Counted from the stretch's first letter, positions 17,412 through 28,263 are shown. The stretch: 64,000 nucleotides of DNA from Capsulimonadales bacterium (GCA_033762295.1 JANRLW010000018.1:1-64000); one strand, 5' to 3'. Notes: generated from the sequence alone by a model not told the origin. A program made the numbers and translations.

Positions 17412-18279
17412 CCCTCTGTTGCTGGATGGTACCGCTACCGCCGCCACGATCCGCGCCGAGGTCGCCGAACGCACCCTGCGGTTGAAGGAGCGATACGGCA
17501 TCACGCCCGGTCTGGCCGCCGTGCTCGCCGGAGATAATCCGGCCAGCGTCACCTATGTTCGGATGAAGCGAAAGGCCTGCGAGAAGGCCGGTATCCGCTC
17601 GGTCGCCCATGAGTTCGGCGCGGACGCGACCCGCGAACAGCTGCTGGACACGATCCGCGCCCTGAACGCCGACCCGACCATCCACGGCATTCTCGTTCAG
17701 CATCCGCTGCCGCGAGGGTTGGACGAGTTCGAGATCCTCGCCGCCGTCGCGCCCGAAAAGGATGCCGACGGCATCGGGCGCGCCAGTCTCGGCGACCTGG
17801 TCAAGGGCGAGGCCAACTTCGTCTCCTGCACCCCCGCCGGAATGGTCGAACTGCTCGATCGTTACGGTCTCCCGATCGCCGGCAAACACGCCGTCGTCAT
17901 CGGGCGATCGGTCATCCTCGGCAAACCGCTCGCCCTGTTGCTCCTGAACCGGAACGCGACCGTCACCATCTGCCACTCGAAGACCGAGAACCTGACCGAC
18001 ATCACCCGACAGGCGGATATTCTCTGCGCCTGTGTCGGTCGCCCGGAGATGATTACCGGTGAGATGCTGAAACCGGGGGCGGTCGTGCTGGACGCCGGGT
18101 ACAACCGGGTTCCCGGCCGCGGTCAGGACGTCGGCGACTGCGATTTCGCCTCCTGCGCGGCGGTCGCGTCGGCCATCACGCCGGTTCCGGGCGGAGTCGG
18201 TCCGATGACGATTGCGTTGCTGCTGTCCAACACCGTGAAAGCGGCGGAAATGGCCGCGGAAAAAGGGAGCCCGCCTTGA
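17404..18279 (+). CDS. folD: Bifunctional methylenetetrahydrofolate dehydrogenase/cyclohydrolase
   Basis: 'YVRMK', 'GILVQHPLP', 'KDADG', 'GRSVILGKP', 'TPVPGGVGPMT'. Confidence 0.97.
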   Translation: MSNPLLLDGTATAATIRAEVAERTLRLKERYGITPGLAAVLAGDNPASVTYVRMKRKACEKAGIRSVAHEFGADATREQLLDTIRALNADPTIHGILVQHPLPRGLDEFEILAAVAPEKDADGIGRASLGDLVKGEANFVSCTPAGMVELLDRYGLPIAGKHAVVIGRSVILGKPLALLLLNRNATVTICHSKTENLTDITRQADILCACVGRPEMITGEMLKPGAVVLDAGYNRVPGRGQDVGDCDFASCAAVASAITPVPGGVGPMTIALLLSNTVKAAEMAAEKGSPP

Positions 18280-19169
18280 GCCTGTCACTGTCCGCCTACG
18301 TCCGGGAGAGGAGCGTCCTGATCGTCCGGGGTCTCGACCGCTATACCCCGCCCGCCGACACGCCGCCCGCCACCCTGCACGCCGCCATGCGCTACTCGCT
18401 CCTCAGCAACGGCAAATTGATGCGTCCGCTGCTCTGCGTGGCGGCGGCGGAAGCCGTCGGCGGGGCGGCGGAAAGCGTTTTGCCCACGGCGTGCGCCCTG
18501 GAAATGATCCATACCTTCTCGCTGATCCACGACGACCTCCCGGCGCTCGACAACGATGACCTGCGGAGGGGCCGCCCGACTTCCCACAAGCAGTTCGGCG
18601 AGGCGATGGCGATTCTGGCCGGGGATGCTCTGCATACGCTGGCGTTCGGGACGATCGCGCACCATCAGAAGGCGTCGGACGCCTCGACCGTTCTGCGCGT
18701 GTTGCGCCTGGTCGCCGACGCCTGCGGACAGGCCGGCATGGTCGGCGGACAGGTCGATGACATGTACTACGAAAAGCGGGACGATGTCACGCCCGAAATC
18801 CTTCGCCATATCCATGCGCGAAAGACCGGGGCGCTGGTCAACGCCGCCATTCTGAGCGGCGCGATTCTGTCCGGAGCGACCTCCGATCAGGAAGCGGCTT
18901 TACAGACCTACGGCGACAACCTGGGTCTGGCCTTCCAGATCGTGGACGATATTCTGGATGTCACGGGCGACGACGCCACCCTCGGCAAGCCCGCCGGTTC
19001 CGACCTGAAGAACGACAAGGCGACCTATCCCAAGCTGTTCGGCCTGGAGCGTTCGCAGCAGCTGGCACAAGAGGCGACCGATGCCTCCCTGGCGGCGCTG
19101 TCGACCTTCGACGAACGCGCCGAACCGCTACGCGCCTTCGCCCGATTCGTTCTCGAACGCGAGCAGTAA
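18276..19169 (+). CDS. ispA: Polyprenyl (FPP/GGPP) synthase
   Basis: 'SLIHDDLPALDNDDLRRG', 'FQIVDDILD', 'KATYP'. Confidence 0.92.
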   Translation: MSLSLSAYVRERSVLIVRGLDRYTPPADTPPATLHAAMRYSLLSNGKLMRPLLCVAAAEAVGGAAESVLPTACALEMIHTFSLIHDDLPALDNDDLRRGRPTSHKQFGEAMAILAGDALHTLAFGTIAHHQKASDASTVLRVLRLVADACGQAGMVGGQVDDMYYEKRDDVTPEILRHIHARKTGALVNAAILSGAILSGATSDQEAALQTYGDNLGLAFQIVDDILDVTGDDATLGKPAGSDLKNDKATYPKLFGLERSQQLAQEATDASLAALSTFDERAEPLRAFARFVLEREQ

Positions 19170-19178
19170 CCGGCCCGC

Positions 19179-20576
19179 CTACTCCCGCAACAGGCGGCGG
19201 GCCATCGCCTCCGCGCCCTCGATATCGTCCGGGGCCAGCTCTCCGGCCACGACCGCATCGGTCAGGACGGCTTTGATGCGCCCGACCTGCGGTCCCGGCG
19301 TCGCCCCGAGGGCGATGATCCGCTGGCCGTCAATCGGGGACGTGGCTTTCGCGATATCCGTTCCGTCGGCGACCCGGTCCATCCGCGCCCGCAGTCCGTC
19401 CAGGTCCGCCGACGGGTAATCCGTCGTGTTGCAGGCCGCGATATCGGCGCGGGCGATCGTAAAAAGCGCCTCCCGGTGCGGGCCGACCGACCGGATCAGC
19501 CGACGAACGGCGGCATCGCTCCAGACCTCCTCCCGGTACGCCCCGTACCGCATATGCAGCGCGACCAGCGTCGCCACCTGCTCGGTCAGTTCGTTCGGAC
19601 AGCGCAGCCGGGTCAGGATCTCTCGCGTCATCCGTTCGCCGACCGTTTCGTGGTCGTAAAAATGGACCTCGCCCCGTTCGTCGACCGTTCGCGTCACCGG
19701 CTTTCCGATATCGTGAAAAATCGTCGCCAGTCGCACCGGCAACGTCGTCTCGGGCGGCAGGTTCGCCAGCGCGACCAGGGTATGCGTCCAGACATCATAG
19801 AGATGAAAACGATTCTGGGTCACCCCGAACAGCGCGGCAAGCTCCGGCGCGAACTGGTCGAGCAGGCGGGTTTCGCGCATCAGGTTCAGGCCGACGGTCG
19901 CCTGACGCGCCATGACCGTCTTGAAGAACTCGTCCCGGATCCGTTCCCAGGAGATATCGTTCTCCGGGTTACATTTGTCAGCGTTAGCGACGATCGCTTC
20001 CAGAGTCTCCCCGGCGATGACAAACCCGAGTTTCGCGGCGAAACGGCAGGCGCGCAACATGCGCAGGGGGTCGTCGGCGAAGGTCCGCACCGGTTCGAGC
20101 GGCGTCCGCAGAATACCCGCCGCCAGATCGGCCCGTCCCTGCCCGGTCAGGTCGAGGACCTCGCCCGTATGCAGGCTCTCCATCAGGGTATTGACGGTGA
20201 AATCGCGGCGCAGAGCATCGGTCCGCAGCGTTCCCGGTCGGACGATCGGCTTGCGCGACTTCTGCCGGTAGGTCTCTTCGCGCGCGGTGACGAACTCGAC
20301 CTGCACTCCCCGATCGCCATCCGAACCGCCGACATGCACCATCGCCGTTCCGAAACTCGGATAGGTGACCGGCGGATGGCTCGCCACCCGCTTCTCCCAG
20401 AGCAGACGGCAAACCGCGTCGGCATCGCCTTCCAGCACCAGGTCCAGATCGTCCCCGCCTGCCGTCCGCCCGAGCAGTTTATCCCGGACGTAGCCGCCGA
20501 CCAGGAATAGCTTCCCCTCGTACTCCGTTCCGGCGGTCGCCTGCCGCAACCGGTCCAGTACCCGATTTATCTCCAT
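19179..20576 (-). CDS. cca: CCA tRNA nucleotidyltransferase with HD domain
   Basis: 'VGGYVRD', 'DLD', 'RRDFTVN', 'DDPLRMLR', 'HDIGKP'. Confidence 0.9.
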   Translation of the reverse strand: MEINRVLDRLRQATAGTEYEGKLFLVGGYVRDKLLGRTAGGDDLDLVLEGDADAVCRLLWEKRVASHPPVTYPSFGTAMVHVGGSDGDRGVQVEFVTAREETYRQKSRKPIVRPGTLRTDALRRDFTVNTLMESLHTGEVLDLTGQGRADLAAGILRTPLEPVRTFADDPLRMLRACRFAAKLGFVIAGETLEAIVANADKCNPENDISWERIRDEFFKTVMARQATVGLNLMRETRLLDQFAPELAALFGVTQNRFHLYDVWTHTLVALANLPPETTLPVRLATIFHDIGKPVTRTVDERGEVHFYDHETVGERMTREILTRLRCPNELTEQVATLVALHMRYGAYREEVWSDAAVRRLIRSVGPHREALFTIARADIAACNTTDYPSADLDGLRARMDRVADGTDIAKATSPIDGQRIIALGATPGPQVGRIKAVLTDAVVAGELAPDDIEGAEAMARRLLRE

Positions 20577-20594
20577 GCCGTTATAATATCTCCC

Positions 20595-21440
20595 GTGAAC
20601 GAAACCCTGAGCGGCATCAAGCACCCGGCGTTCCGGGATGCGCTCGCCCTGACCCGCGCCGGTGGCCGCGCCGCGACCGGTCGTTACCTGGTCGAGGATG
20701 CCGACCTGGTGCGCCAGGCGCTCTCCTCCCCGGCCGTCCTCCACGCCGTTTTCGCCACGCCGGAGGAATCGCCGACACTTGCCGCCCCCTGCCGGGAACG
20801 GGGAACGCCTCTCTATATCGCCTCGGCCGGCCTTCTGACAAAACTGGTCGGCACCGGTTACGAGACGGCGGTCACGGCAATCGCCGTTGTCTCGCAGAAC
20901 CTTGTCCCGGTGGAAACGCTCCTCCGGTCCTCCGAGGCTCTGATTCTCTGCGGTGAGCGTATCCAGGACCCCCGTAACGTCGGGGTTCTGATTCGAACGG
21001 CGGAAGCGGTCGGATGCGATGGCCTGCTGCTCTCGGCGGACTCCTCCGAACCGTTCTCCCGGCAAGCCGTCCGTTCGACCACCGGTTCGATTCTGCGGTT
21101 GCCGATCGCCCTCGTCGAGAACCTGCCCGAAACGCTGCGGGCGGCGCGGACGGCCGGGGCCACGGTCGTCGCCTCCTCCGGGCAGGCGGAACGCGACGTT
21201 TTCTCCGCCGACCTGGCCGTACGCCCCCTCATCCTGGTTGTCGGCAATGAGCAGGGCGGCATCACCGACGCTCTGCTCGCCGCCGCCGATGTCACCGTGC
21301 GCCTGCCGATGAAGCCGAACGGGGCCGACTCGCTGAATGTCACGGTTGCTGCCGGCGTCCTGCTCTACGAAACGATTCGTCAGAAACTTTCAGTCCCGCC
21401 GAAAACCGGCAGGAATCCGGGCCTGTCTGCCGGAACCTGA
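20595..21440 (+). CDS. TrmH/SpoU family RNA methyltransferase
   Basis: 'IQDPRNVGVLIRTA', 'VGNEQGG', 'SLNVTVA'. Confidence 0.92.
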   Translation: MNETLSGIKHPAFRDALALTRAGGRAATGRYLVEDADLVRQALSSPAVLHAVFATPEESPTLAAPCRERGTPLYIASAGLLTKLVGTGYETAVTAIAVVSQNLVPVETLLRSSEALILCGERIQDPRNVGVLIRTAEAVGCDGLLLSADSSEPFSRQAVRSTTGSILRLPIALVENLPETLRAARTAGATVVASSGQAERDVFSADLAVRPLILVVGNEQGGITDALLAAADVTVRLPMKPNGADSLNVTVAAGVLLYETIRQKLSVPPKTGRNPGLSAGT

Positions 21441-21552
21441 CTTTGTGAAGGGTCGTCGCAAAGGTGCCGACCATTTTTCCCACCGATCGCTCCCGGAATG
21501 GGCCGGGAGCGCGTCTCCTACTGCGGTCGGTTCATTCGAGAAAGGAAACGGC

Positions 21553-23328
21553 ATGGCAGCTTTTTCAGGACAGCGGACGGTCTTCCGACGCCTCTCCGTC
21601 GCGACCGTCGCTACTGCGCTCACACTCGCCCACTCTTCTATCGCTCTCGCTCAGACGCCGAAAATCGCCCCTCCGTATCAGGATCGCCTGATGATCGAAC
21701 TGGCAAATCCCGGCGAAGGCAGGCCCACCCAGTTCGCCTGGGGCCCCGAAGGACGGCTCTACGTGGCGACCAACGGTCAGGGGGTTTTCAGCTACCGGTA
21801 CGATCGTCTGACCGGGCTACTCTCCGACCGGAAACTCGCCGTCCGCGAAGTCCGGGGCGGCATCGGCATCGCGTTCCACCGGGACCGCGACGAACGCTGG
21901 AATATGTATCTGACCGTCAATGACGACAGTGTTCAGGAAGGCGCGATCGTCAAGCTCAATGACACGAACCGAAACGGTGTCTGGGGCGAGGTAAACCAGG
22001 GCGAACTGCGCGTTCGGATCGTTCAGCGCATCCCGATCGGCGACCATGCGGTCGACCAGTTGATCGTCCGCGGCAACTCTCTGTTCGTCGGCATCGGACG
22101 CCGCACCATCAACGGACGACGCGGACCGTGGAGCATGGGTTCCCATAGCGACGATCCGAACGACCGGGGCTTCTGGGGCGGCGGCACCGGCTTCTCCTGG
22201 GGCGACTCGCCGTTCCATGGCACGATCGCCTGGATCGAAAACCTGAACGCGGTCGTCAACGAAACCGACTCGGCCAACGTCTACTCGCCGAACGAAGTGC
22301 ATGACCGGGATTTCTATCAGACGAACGCTCGACCGTATCGGATCATTCTGAACCAGGAACCGACCGCCGGAAAACTGCTGATCCATTCGGCCGGGACACG
22401 CAACCCGTTCGGACTGGCCCTCGACCGTATGGGCAACCTCTGGTTCACCAATAACTTCAACCGAACCGTAACGACCGGCGACGGCAAGGCGAACGACAGC
22501 GAACGAGGCGACCCGGTCCAGGCGGACCTGCGCAAGGGTGTTCACGATCAGCTGTTCAAGGCCCGGTGGGGTGCGGATTACGGTTACCACGACGACAACT
22601 GGCGCGGCGCTCCCTTCTCCTTCATGATGCCGGAAAACCTCCTGCACGTCGGACGCGTCTTCAGCACCACCTTCGACAATCTGTTCAATAATGGTCCGTA
22701 TGTCCTGCATAACCCGGCCGATCCGGACGGGCTCGGACCGAACTCGTCGGCCAACGGCATCTCCTTCTTCTATGCGGGCGGACTGCCGCGCGAACTGGAG
22801 AATAACGCGTTCATCGTTCGCTTCAGCGGCGAGATGGTCGACAGCCTGCGTCAGAGAGTGGACTACCGCGACCTGGTCGCCGTCCATCCGGAGACCGGCA
22901 GGGTGCGTCGGGTCGCCTTCGACTTCAATGCGCCGCTGGCGGTTCTCTGGGACGGCGGACAGCGGCTGCTGATCGGCGATTACGGCAACGGACGAATCTA
23001 CACGATCCGCCCCGCCCTGCGCCGAATCGGCGTCCGCGCCGAGGTCACCCGTCCGCGCGCGAACGGCAACGTCATCGCCGAGGTCGTCCTCAAGAACACC
23101 GGCGACCTTCCGCTGTCCGACATCGCTCTCACCGGCGCGGTTCTGCGCGACCGTCGTCCGGGCAATGCGTTCCCGATCCCCGTGCTGCCGCTCGCGTCGG
23201 GCGAGTCCAGCCGGACGATCCGCCTGGAGTTCCCGCGAACCGTCCCGTCCGGCCCCGCCATCCTGGAGATTCGCGGTCGGTACAACGGCATTCAGTTCAC
23301 CAGCGCGATCCGAACGGTGGTTCCGTAA
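21553..23328 (+). CDS. Secreted glucose/sorbosone dehydrogenase-like beta-propeller with C-terminal Ig-like domain
   Basis: Signal peptide ALA|Q; 'AWGPEGRLYV', 'GTRNPFGLALD', 'IGDYGNGRIY'. Confidence 0.7.
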   Translation: MAAFSGQRTVFRRLSVATVATALTLAHSSIALAQTPKIAPPYQDRLMIELANPGEGRPTQFAWGPEGRLYVATNGQGVFSYRYDRLTGLLSDRKLAVREVRGGIGIAFHRDRDERWNMYLTVNDDSVQEGAIVKLNDTNRNGVWGEVNQGELRVRIVQRIPIGDHAVDQLIVRGNSLFVGIGRRTINGRRGPWSMGSHSDDPNDRGFWGGGTGFSWGDSPFHGTIAWIENLNAVVNETDSANVYSPNEVHDRDFYQTNARPYRIILNQEPTAGKLLIHSAGTRNPFGLALDRMGNLWFTNNFNRTVTTGDGKANDSERGDPVQADLRKGVHDQLFKARWGADYGYHDDNWRGAPFSFMMPENLLHVGRVFSTTFDNLFNNGPYVLHNPADPDGLGPNSSANGISFFYAGGLPRELENNAFIVRFSGEMVDSLRQRVDYRDLVAVHPETGRVRRVAFDFNAPLAVLWDGGQRLLIGDYGNGRIYTIRPALRRIGVRAEVTRPRANGNVIAEVVLKNTGDLPLSDIALTGAVLRDRRPGNAFPIPVLPLASGESSRTIRLEFPRTVPSGPAILEIRGRYNGIQFTSAIRTVVP

Positions 23329-23362
23329 AACGTCCGGCTGCGACGGAAAGGTATAAATAACG

Positions 23363-23857
23363 ATGACAAAACGTGCGCTTTCGGTGCTCGTGTCGTGCCT
23401 GCTGGCGTTGTTCGCAACGCTGGCAGCCCCGGCCAGAGCGCAACTGACCTTCACCCTGCAGAACAGTTCGGTAACGGTCGTTCAGAATGAGACCGCGTCC
23501 ATCACGGCCACCCTTCTGAACGAAACCGGCACGGCGATCGACCTGAACGAACTCGTTCTTTCGGTCGATCCGCCGCTGACCTTCGATCCCAATCCGTTCC
23601 TGAACAATTTCCCGTTCACCATCAACCCCGGTGAATCGTTCACGGGTGTTCTGTTCGATATCCGGGTGCCGTTTGACGCCCCGGTCGGAACGTACGGCGG
23701 TCTGGTCTCCCTCAACGACCTCAACGGTCCGGTGACGGAAATCCTGCCGTTCACGGTCAATGTCACCGCCACCACCGCCCCGGAACCGGGCGTCCTCGCG
23801 CTCCTGCTGCTGGCGGGTGTGCCGGTCGGCATGGTCCGTCTGCGCGTTCGACGCTGA
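23363..23857 (+). CDS. PEP-CTERM sorting domain protein
   Basis: Signal peptide ARA|Q; C-terminal APEPGVLALLLLAG...RLRVRR. Confidence 0.88.
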   Translation: MTKRALSVLVSCLLALFATLAAPARAQLTFTLQNSSVTVVQNETASITATLLNETGTAIDLNELVLSVDPPLTFDPNPFLNNFPFTINPGESFTGVLFDIRVPFDAPVGTYGGLVSLNDLNGPVTEILPFTVNVTATTAPEPGVLALLLLAGVPVGMVRLRVRR

Positions 23858-23870
23858 TTCTTTTGCCTCG

Positions 23871-25460
23871 TCACACAGGCAAAAACCGACGAAGCCCGGT
23901 CCGCAAGGACCGGGCGACCACCCCGGCGGTGTTCAACCCCGAAGCGCCGAAGACCCCTCCGCCCGGATGCGTGCTCGCGCCGGTCAGGAACAGCCCCGGA
24001 ATCGGCGTCCCGTACTGAGAGAGTTCCGGCAGCGGGCGGAAACAGAACATCTGGTCGAGCGACATCTCGACATGCATGACGTTCCCCTGCAGCAGTCCGA
24101 TCCGTCGTTCCAGTTCCAGCGGCGTCTGGATATACCGCTCACCGATCCTTCCCCGCAGGTTCGGCGCGTACTCGTACAGCGTTTCCAGTATCGAATCGGC
24201 CATCTCGTCCGCGCCGTCGTCCCAGGATCGACCGTCACGCCGACGGTACGGGAAGTACTGCGACCAGAGCGACAGGACATGCTGTCCGGCCGGGGCGAGC
24301 GTATCGTCGATCGGCGAAAAGGTCATCGCCAGAACGGGTGGTTTTCGCGAAGGATGCCCGGTGAAGAAATCGGCGTAGGCATCCCGGAGATACTCCTCGG
24401 ACGGGCAGAGAAGCTGCATCCCGTGATGGACGGTCGCGCCGCGCCCATCGCTTCCGGTTCCCCCGCCGTAGTCGGGCATCTCGGACGAGACGCAGCGGAC
24501 GGTCGCCCCGAACCCGTTCCCGATATTGATCTGCTCCAGTCGGTTCCTCAGGTCGGCCGGGACATCCGCCTCCGCGAGAAGTTGCCCGAAGGTCGTTCGA
24601 ACATGGCAGGCGGCGACAACGGCCTTCGCGGCGATTCGCTCCCCGCCGACGATCACCCCGACCGCCTTGCCATGCTCGACGACGATCCGTTCGACCGGCG
24701 CGTCGGTACGGACCGTACCGCCCGCCGCAACCAGGGCCTTCGCCAGCGCCTGCGTCAGCATTCCGGAGCCACCCCTGGGATGGGCCGCCCCGGTTTCGTG
24801 GACGACCGCATGCCATCCGGCGAACGGCGCGGACCCGAGTTCGTGCGGTGGCGGACCCGACTGCGCCGCCAGCCAGGAAAGCGCGGACCGTAGATAGGGT
24901 GACGAGAAGGATTCGGCGATCAGTCGTCCGTACCCCGACAGGATTTTGTGCAGTCCGACCATGTTGTCGGCATCCGGAGCTTTCGCCAGCATCAGGTTCA
25001 GTCCGAGCGAGGCCATCGTCGGCGGTTGGAGGAACGCCTTGAACGTTCCCTTCGCCACCGGGGTCCATTTCTCGATAAACGTCCGGTACGCGATCCCATC
25101 GCCCGGCGCGACCGCCTCGATGCTCTCGACCGTCCGCTCCAGGTCCCGGTAAAAGGCGATGTACCGTCCGGAACGATCCGGCAGGGGGTAAGTCGCCCAG
25201 GGGTCCATCGGGCAGTATTCCAGTCCGTGGGCTTTCAGGTCGAACGCCTCGACAATATCCGTCTGATGCACCATGATATGGACCGACGACCCGATATCGA
25301 ACTTGTAACCGGGCACGATCTCCTCGGTGCAGACCGCGCCGCCGACGATCGGACGCCGTTCCAGGATGAGTGTCGAAAGCCCCGCTCGCTGCAGGGCGTT
25401 CGCGCAAACCAGCCCGTTATGCCCCGCCCCGATCACCACCACATCGAAAGATTCCGCCAT
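23871..25460 (-). CDS. crtO: Phytoene-desaturase-fold carotenoid ketolase, CrtO-like
   Basis: GAGHNGL FAD motif; 'WLAAQSGPPP', 'IGNGFG', 'GNVMHVEMSLDQMF', 'TGASTHPGGG' resemble Deinococcus CrtO as I recall it. Confidence 0.7.
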   Translation of the reverse strand: MAESFDVVVIGAGHNGLVCANALQRAGLSTLILERRPIVGGAVCTEEIVPGYKFDIGSSVHIMVHQTDIVEAFDLKAHGLEYCPMDPWATYPLPDRSGRYIAFYRDLERTVESIEAVAPGDGIAYRTFIEKWTPVAKGTFKAFLQPPTMASLGLNLMLAKAPDADNMVGLHKILSGYGRLIAESFSSPYLRSALSWLAAQSGPPPHELGSAPFAGWHAVVHETGAAHPRGGSGMLTQALAKALVAAGGTVRTDAPVERIVVEHGKAVGVIVGGERIAAKAVVAACHVRTTFGQLLAEADVPADLRNRLEQINIGNGFGATVRCVSSEMPDYGGGTGSDGRGATVHHGMQLLCPSEEYLRDAYADFFTGHPSRKPPVLAMTFSPIDDTLAPAGQHVLSLWSQYFPYRRRDGRSWDDGADEMADSILETLYEYAPNLRGRIGERYIQTPLELERRIGLLQGNVMHVEMSLDQMFCFRPLPELSQYGTPIPGLFLTGASTHPGGGVFGASGLNTAGVVARSLRTGLRRFLPV

Positions 25461-25552
25461 ACCGGCAGTGTACCCGACGGGAGTCCGGCAGGATTTTCCT
25501 CCGGCGGCAGTTAATCTCCGGATAGACGTTCGGTACGAAGGAGTCATCCTCC

Positions 25553-26608
25553 ATGGTGGATTCGCGCGGGCCGTTGCGGGCGGCAGTGATCGGCGGGGGA
25601 ATGGGCGGACAGTTATCGGCCAACGCCTTGCGACAATCGCCGCTTTTCGAACCGGTCGCCATGGCCGACCTGCGCCCGGCGGTCTGTGCCGAACTCGAGG
25701 CGAAATATCCCGGCATCCGCACGTTCGACAGCCACCGTGCTCTGTTCGAAAACTGCCCGGTCGATGTCGTCTGTGTCAGCACCTTTCCGCCGTCGCACGA
25801 AGAGGTGACGATTGATGCCCTGAACACGCTGCCGCTGAAGGGCATTCTGGTCGAAAAGCCGCTCGGGCATACGGCGGCGTCCGGACGCCGTTTGCTGGAA
25901 GCGATCAAAGCGCGACGCCTTCCGATGGTGGTACCCCATAACCTCCTCGCCCTGGCGACCCCCCTCATCATCCTTGACCGGGTCCGCGCCGGCGACCTGG
26001 GAGAGTTGAAGCTGGTCGAAATTCAGAACGCGAAGTGGGATATCATCAACGCCGGAATCCACTGGCTGAACTACTTTGTCACGCTCACCGACAACGCCCC
26101 GATCGATCATGTTCTGGCGCAGGCCGATAAAACGACGCGTACCTACCGTGACGGGATGCAGGTGGAAACGATCGCGGTCACCTCTGCGCAGACGACCTCC
26201 GGTATCCGGGTCGTGATGCACACCGGCGACGATACGGTCGTCAACGTCCCCGGCAAGGATATCGTGTTCCGCCTGATCGGCACACGGGGGCTGATCGAGT
26301 TTTACGGATGGGACTCGGGATACCGGTTCAACACCGAATGGATCGTCCCGCCCGGTTTCCCGGTGAGCGGACATCGGCGGCATCTCGAGAACCTGGCCGC
26401 GATGATCGAGAACGGCACCGCGGACTATGCCCTCCCCGATTCGTCCCTGCTTGCCCTGGAGATCGTCGAGGCCGCGTACCTTTCCGCCCGTCATTGCTGC
26501 CGGGTGCATTTTCCCCTGGAATCCTTTGTTCCGCCGCCGGACAACGATTGGAATCCCGGCGAACCGTACGGTGGCGTCGGCGGGGGACGTGACGGAAGGA
26601 AACTGTAG
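25553..26608 (+). CDS. Gfo/Idh/MocA family oxidoreductase
   Basis: IGGGMGG Rossmann motif; 'VEKPL'. Confidence 0.88.
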   Translation: MVDSRGPLRAAVIGGGMGGQLSANALRQSPLFEPVAMADLRPAVCAELEAKYPGIRTFDSHRALFENCPVDVVCVSTFPPSHEEVTIDALNTLPLKGILVEKPLGHTAASGRRLLEAIKARRLPMVVPHNLLALATPLIILDRVRAGDLGELKLVEIQNAKWDIINAGIHWLNYFVTLTDNAPIDHVLAQADKTTRTYRDGMQVETIAVTSAQTTSGIRVVMHTGDDTVVNVPGKDIVFRLIGTRGLIEFYGWDSGYRFNTEWIVPPGFPVSGHRRHLENLAAMIENGTADYALPDSSLLALEIVEAAYLSARHCCRVHFPLESFVPPPDNDWNPGEPYGGVGGGRDGRKL

Positions 26609-26613
26609 AGACG

Positions 26614-27684
26614 ATGATAACCTTTGGCGTGATCGGTGCCGGATGGCGAACGGATTTCTTTATGCGTATCGCCGCCGCGCTTCCGGATCGTTTCGCGGTG
26701 TCGGGTGTCGTCATTCGCAATGCGGACAAGGCAACGGCGTTCACCGGCCGATGGAATGTCCCGACCTTCGGAACGGCGGAGGAGATGCTGGACGCGACGA
26801 CGCCGGACCTGGTCGTGGTCAGCGTTCCCTGGGGCGTTTCGGTTTCGATGCTCCGACTTTGCGCCGAACGGGGCGTCCCCGCGCTCGGCGAAACGCCGCC
26901 TGCGCCGGACGTCGAGGGCCTGAACGAACTGGCAACGCTGGTTCGGCAGAACGCGAAAATCCAGGTGGCCGAGCAGTACTTCGCGCAACCGTTGCATGCC
27001 GCCCGGTTGACGGTTGTCCGTTCCGGCCGCATCGGGACGCCGTCGCAGGCGCAGGTCTCGGTAGCGCACGGGTACCACGGCATCTCGCTGATGCGCAAGT
27101 ACCTCGGCATCCGCTTCGAGAATGCTACGATAACGGCCAGACGGGTCGTTTCTCCGATTGTCAACTCGCCCGGCCGAGAAGGCCCGCCGGAAACGGAGAA
27201 AGTTGTCGATTCCGGCCAGATGCTTGCCCACTTCGAATTCGAAAACGGGAAAACGGGCCTCTTCGATTTCACCGGCGATCAGTACTTCTCGTTCATACGT
27301 GGGCCAAGGCTGCTGGTTCGCGGCGAACGGGGCGAGATCGAGAACGAAACCGTCCGCTTTCTCCTCGATGCTACGGCCGGAGTGAGGTTGTCCCTGCAGC
27401 GTGAGGATACCGGACATCTGGGAAACCTGGAGGGGTACCATCATCGCGGGTACACCCTGGGCGCGGAGTATGTCTATCGGAACCCGTTCGCGCCCGGTCG
27501 TCTGGCGGATGATGAGATCGCCATCGCCGCCGCGCTGGCAGGAACGGCCGCATATGCGCAGGGTGGTCCGGATTTCTACTCGCTTGCGGACGCCGCACAG
27601 GACCGCTATCTGGATATCAGGATGGAGGAAGCCGCCCGCACCGGAGCGCCCGTCACCACCGACACGCAGGCATGGGCGGAATGA
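26614..27684 (+). CDS. Gfo/Idh/MocA family oxidoreductase
   Basis: IGAGWR; 'GETPPA'; 'QVAEQY'; 'AHGYHG'. Confidence 0.85.
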   Translation: MITFGVIGAGWRTDFFMRIAAALPDRFAVSGVVIRNADKATAFTGRWNVPTFGTAEEMLDATTPDLVVVSVPWGVSVSMLRLCAERGVPALGETPPAPDVEGLNELATLVRQNAKIQVAEQYFAQPLHAARLTVVRSGRIGTPSQAQVSVAHGYHGISLMRKYLGIRFENATITARRVVSPIVNSPGREGPPETEKVVDSGQMLAHFEFENGKTGLFDFTGDQYFSFIRGPRLLVRGERGEIENETVRFLLDATAGVRLSLQREDTGHLGNLEGYHHRGYTLGAEYVYRNPFAPGRLADDEIAIAAALAGTAAYAQGGPDFYSLADAAQDRYLDIRMEEAARTGAPVTTDTQAWAE

Positions 27685-27713
27685 CCGGACGGACACGGTA
27701 CAATGGAACGGCC

Positions 27714-28214
27714 ATGAGACAAGCCGTTTTTCTCCTGATACCGATCGTCCTGGCGCTTGCCCCCGCCCGGATCGTCGCCGGTCCCGTCCGCACCGCGGAA
27801 ATCAACGACATTCGCGAGTACATCCTGCGTGAACAGTTCTCCTCCCTCGGCAACGCCAAAAAGAAGGAGAATCGCCCGGTCTGGTTCTTCGTGGAGTTCG
27901 GTCGAGGCCAGGACCCGGACGACGCCTTTCTCCGCCGTTTTTCCGATCTGCGCCACAAAATCGCTCCGTATTCGGCGGCGCGCATCGACCGCATTCCGGG
28001 CCGTTTCGCCTATCGAACCGTGGTGCACCGTCGGACCCGGGAGAAAGGAATGATCCTCTCGATTCGCGAGATCCGCTTCCTCCAGCCGAACGACGCCCGG
28101 GTCAGCGCGGCGTTTTTCCGGGGCGGGCGGGATGCGGGCAGCGCCACCTACGAGGTGAGCCGCCGGGACGGCAAATGGCGGCTTCGCTCGCTCCGCTGGT
28201 CCGATGGCACCTGA
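27714..28214 (+). CDS. Secreted hypothetical protein
   Basis: Signal peptide MRQAVFLLIPIVLALAPA; TACAAT 9 nt upstream. Confidence 0.65.
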   Translation: MRQAVFLLIPIVLALAPARIVAGPVRTAEINDIREYILREQFSSLGNAKKKENRPVWFFVEFGRGQDPDDAFLRRFSDLRHKIAPYSAARIDRIPGRFAYRTVVHRRTREKGMILSIREIRFLQPNDARVSAAFFRGGRDAGSATYEVSRRDGKWRLRSLRWSDGT

Positions 28215-28263
28215 TTCCGGTCCCGCTTCCGTTTCCGGTCCCGCCTCCGTCGGCATGTCGACC

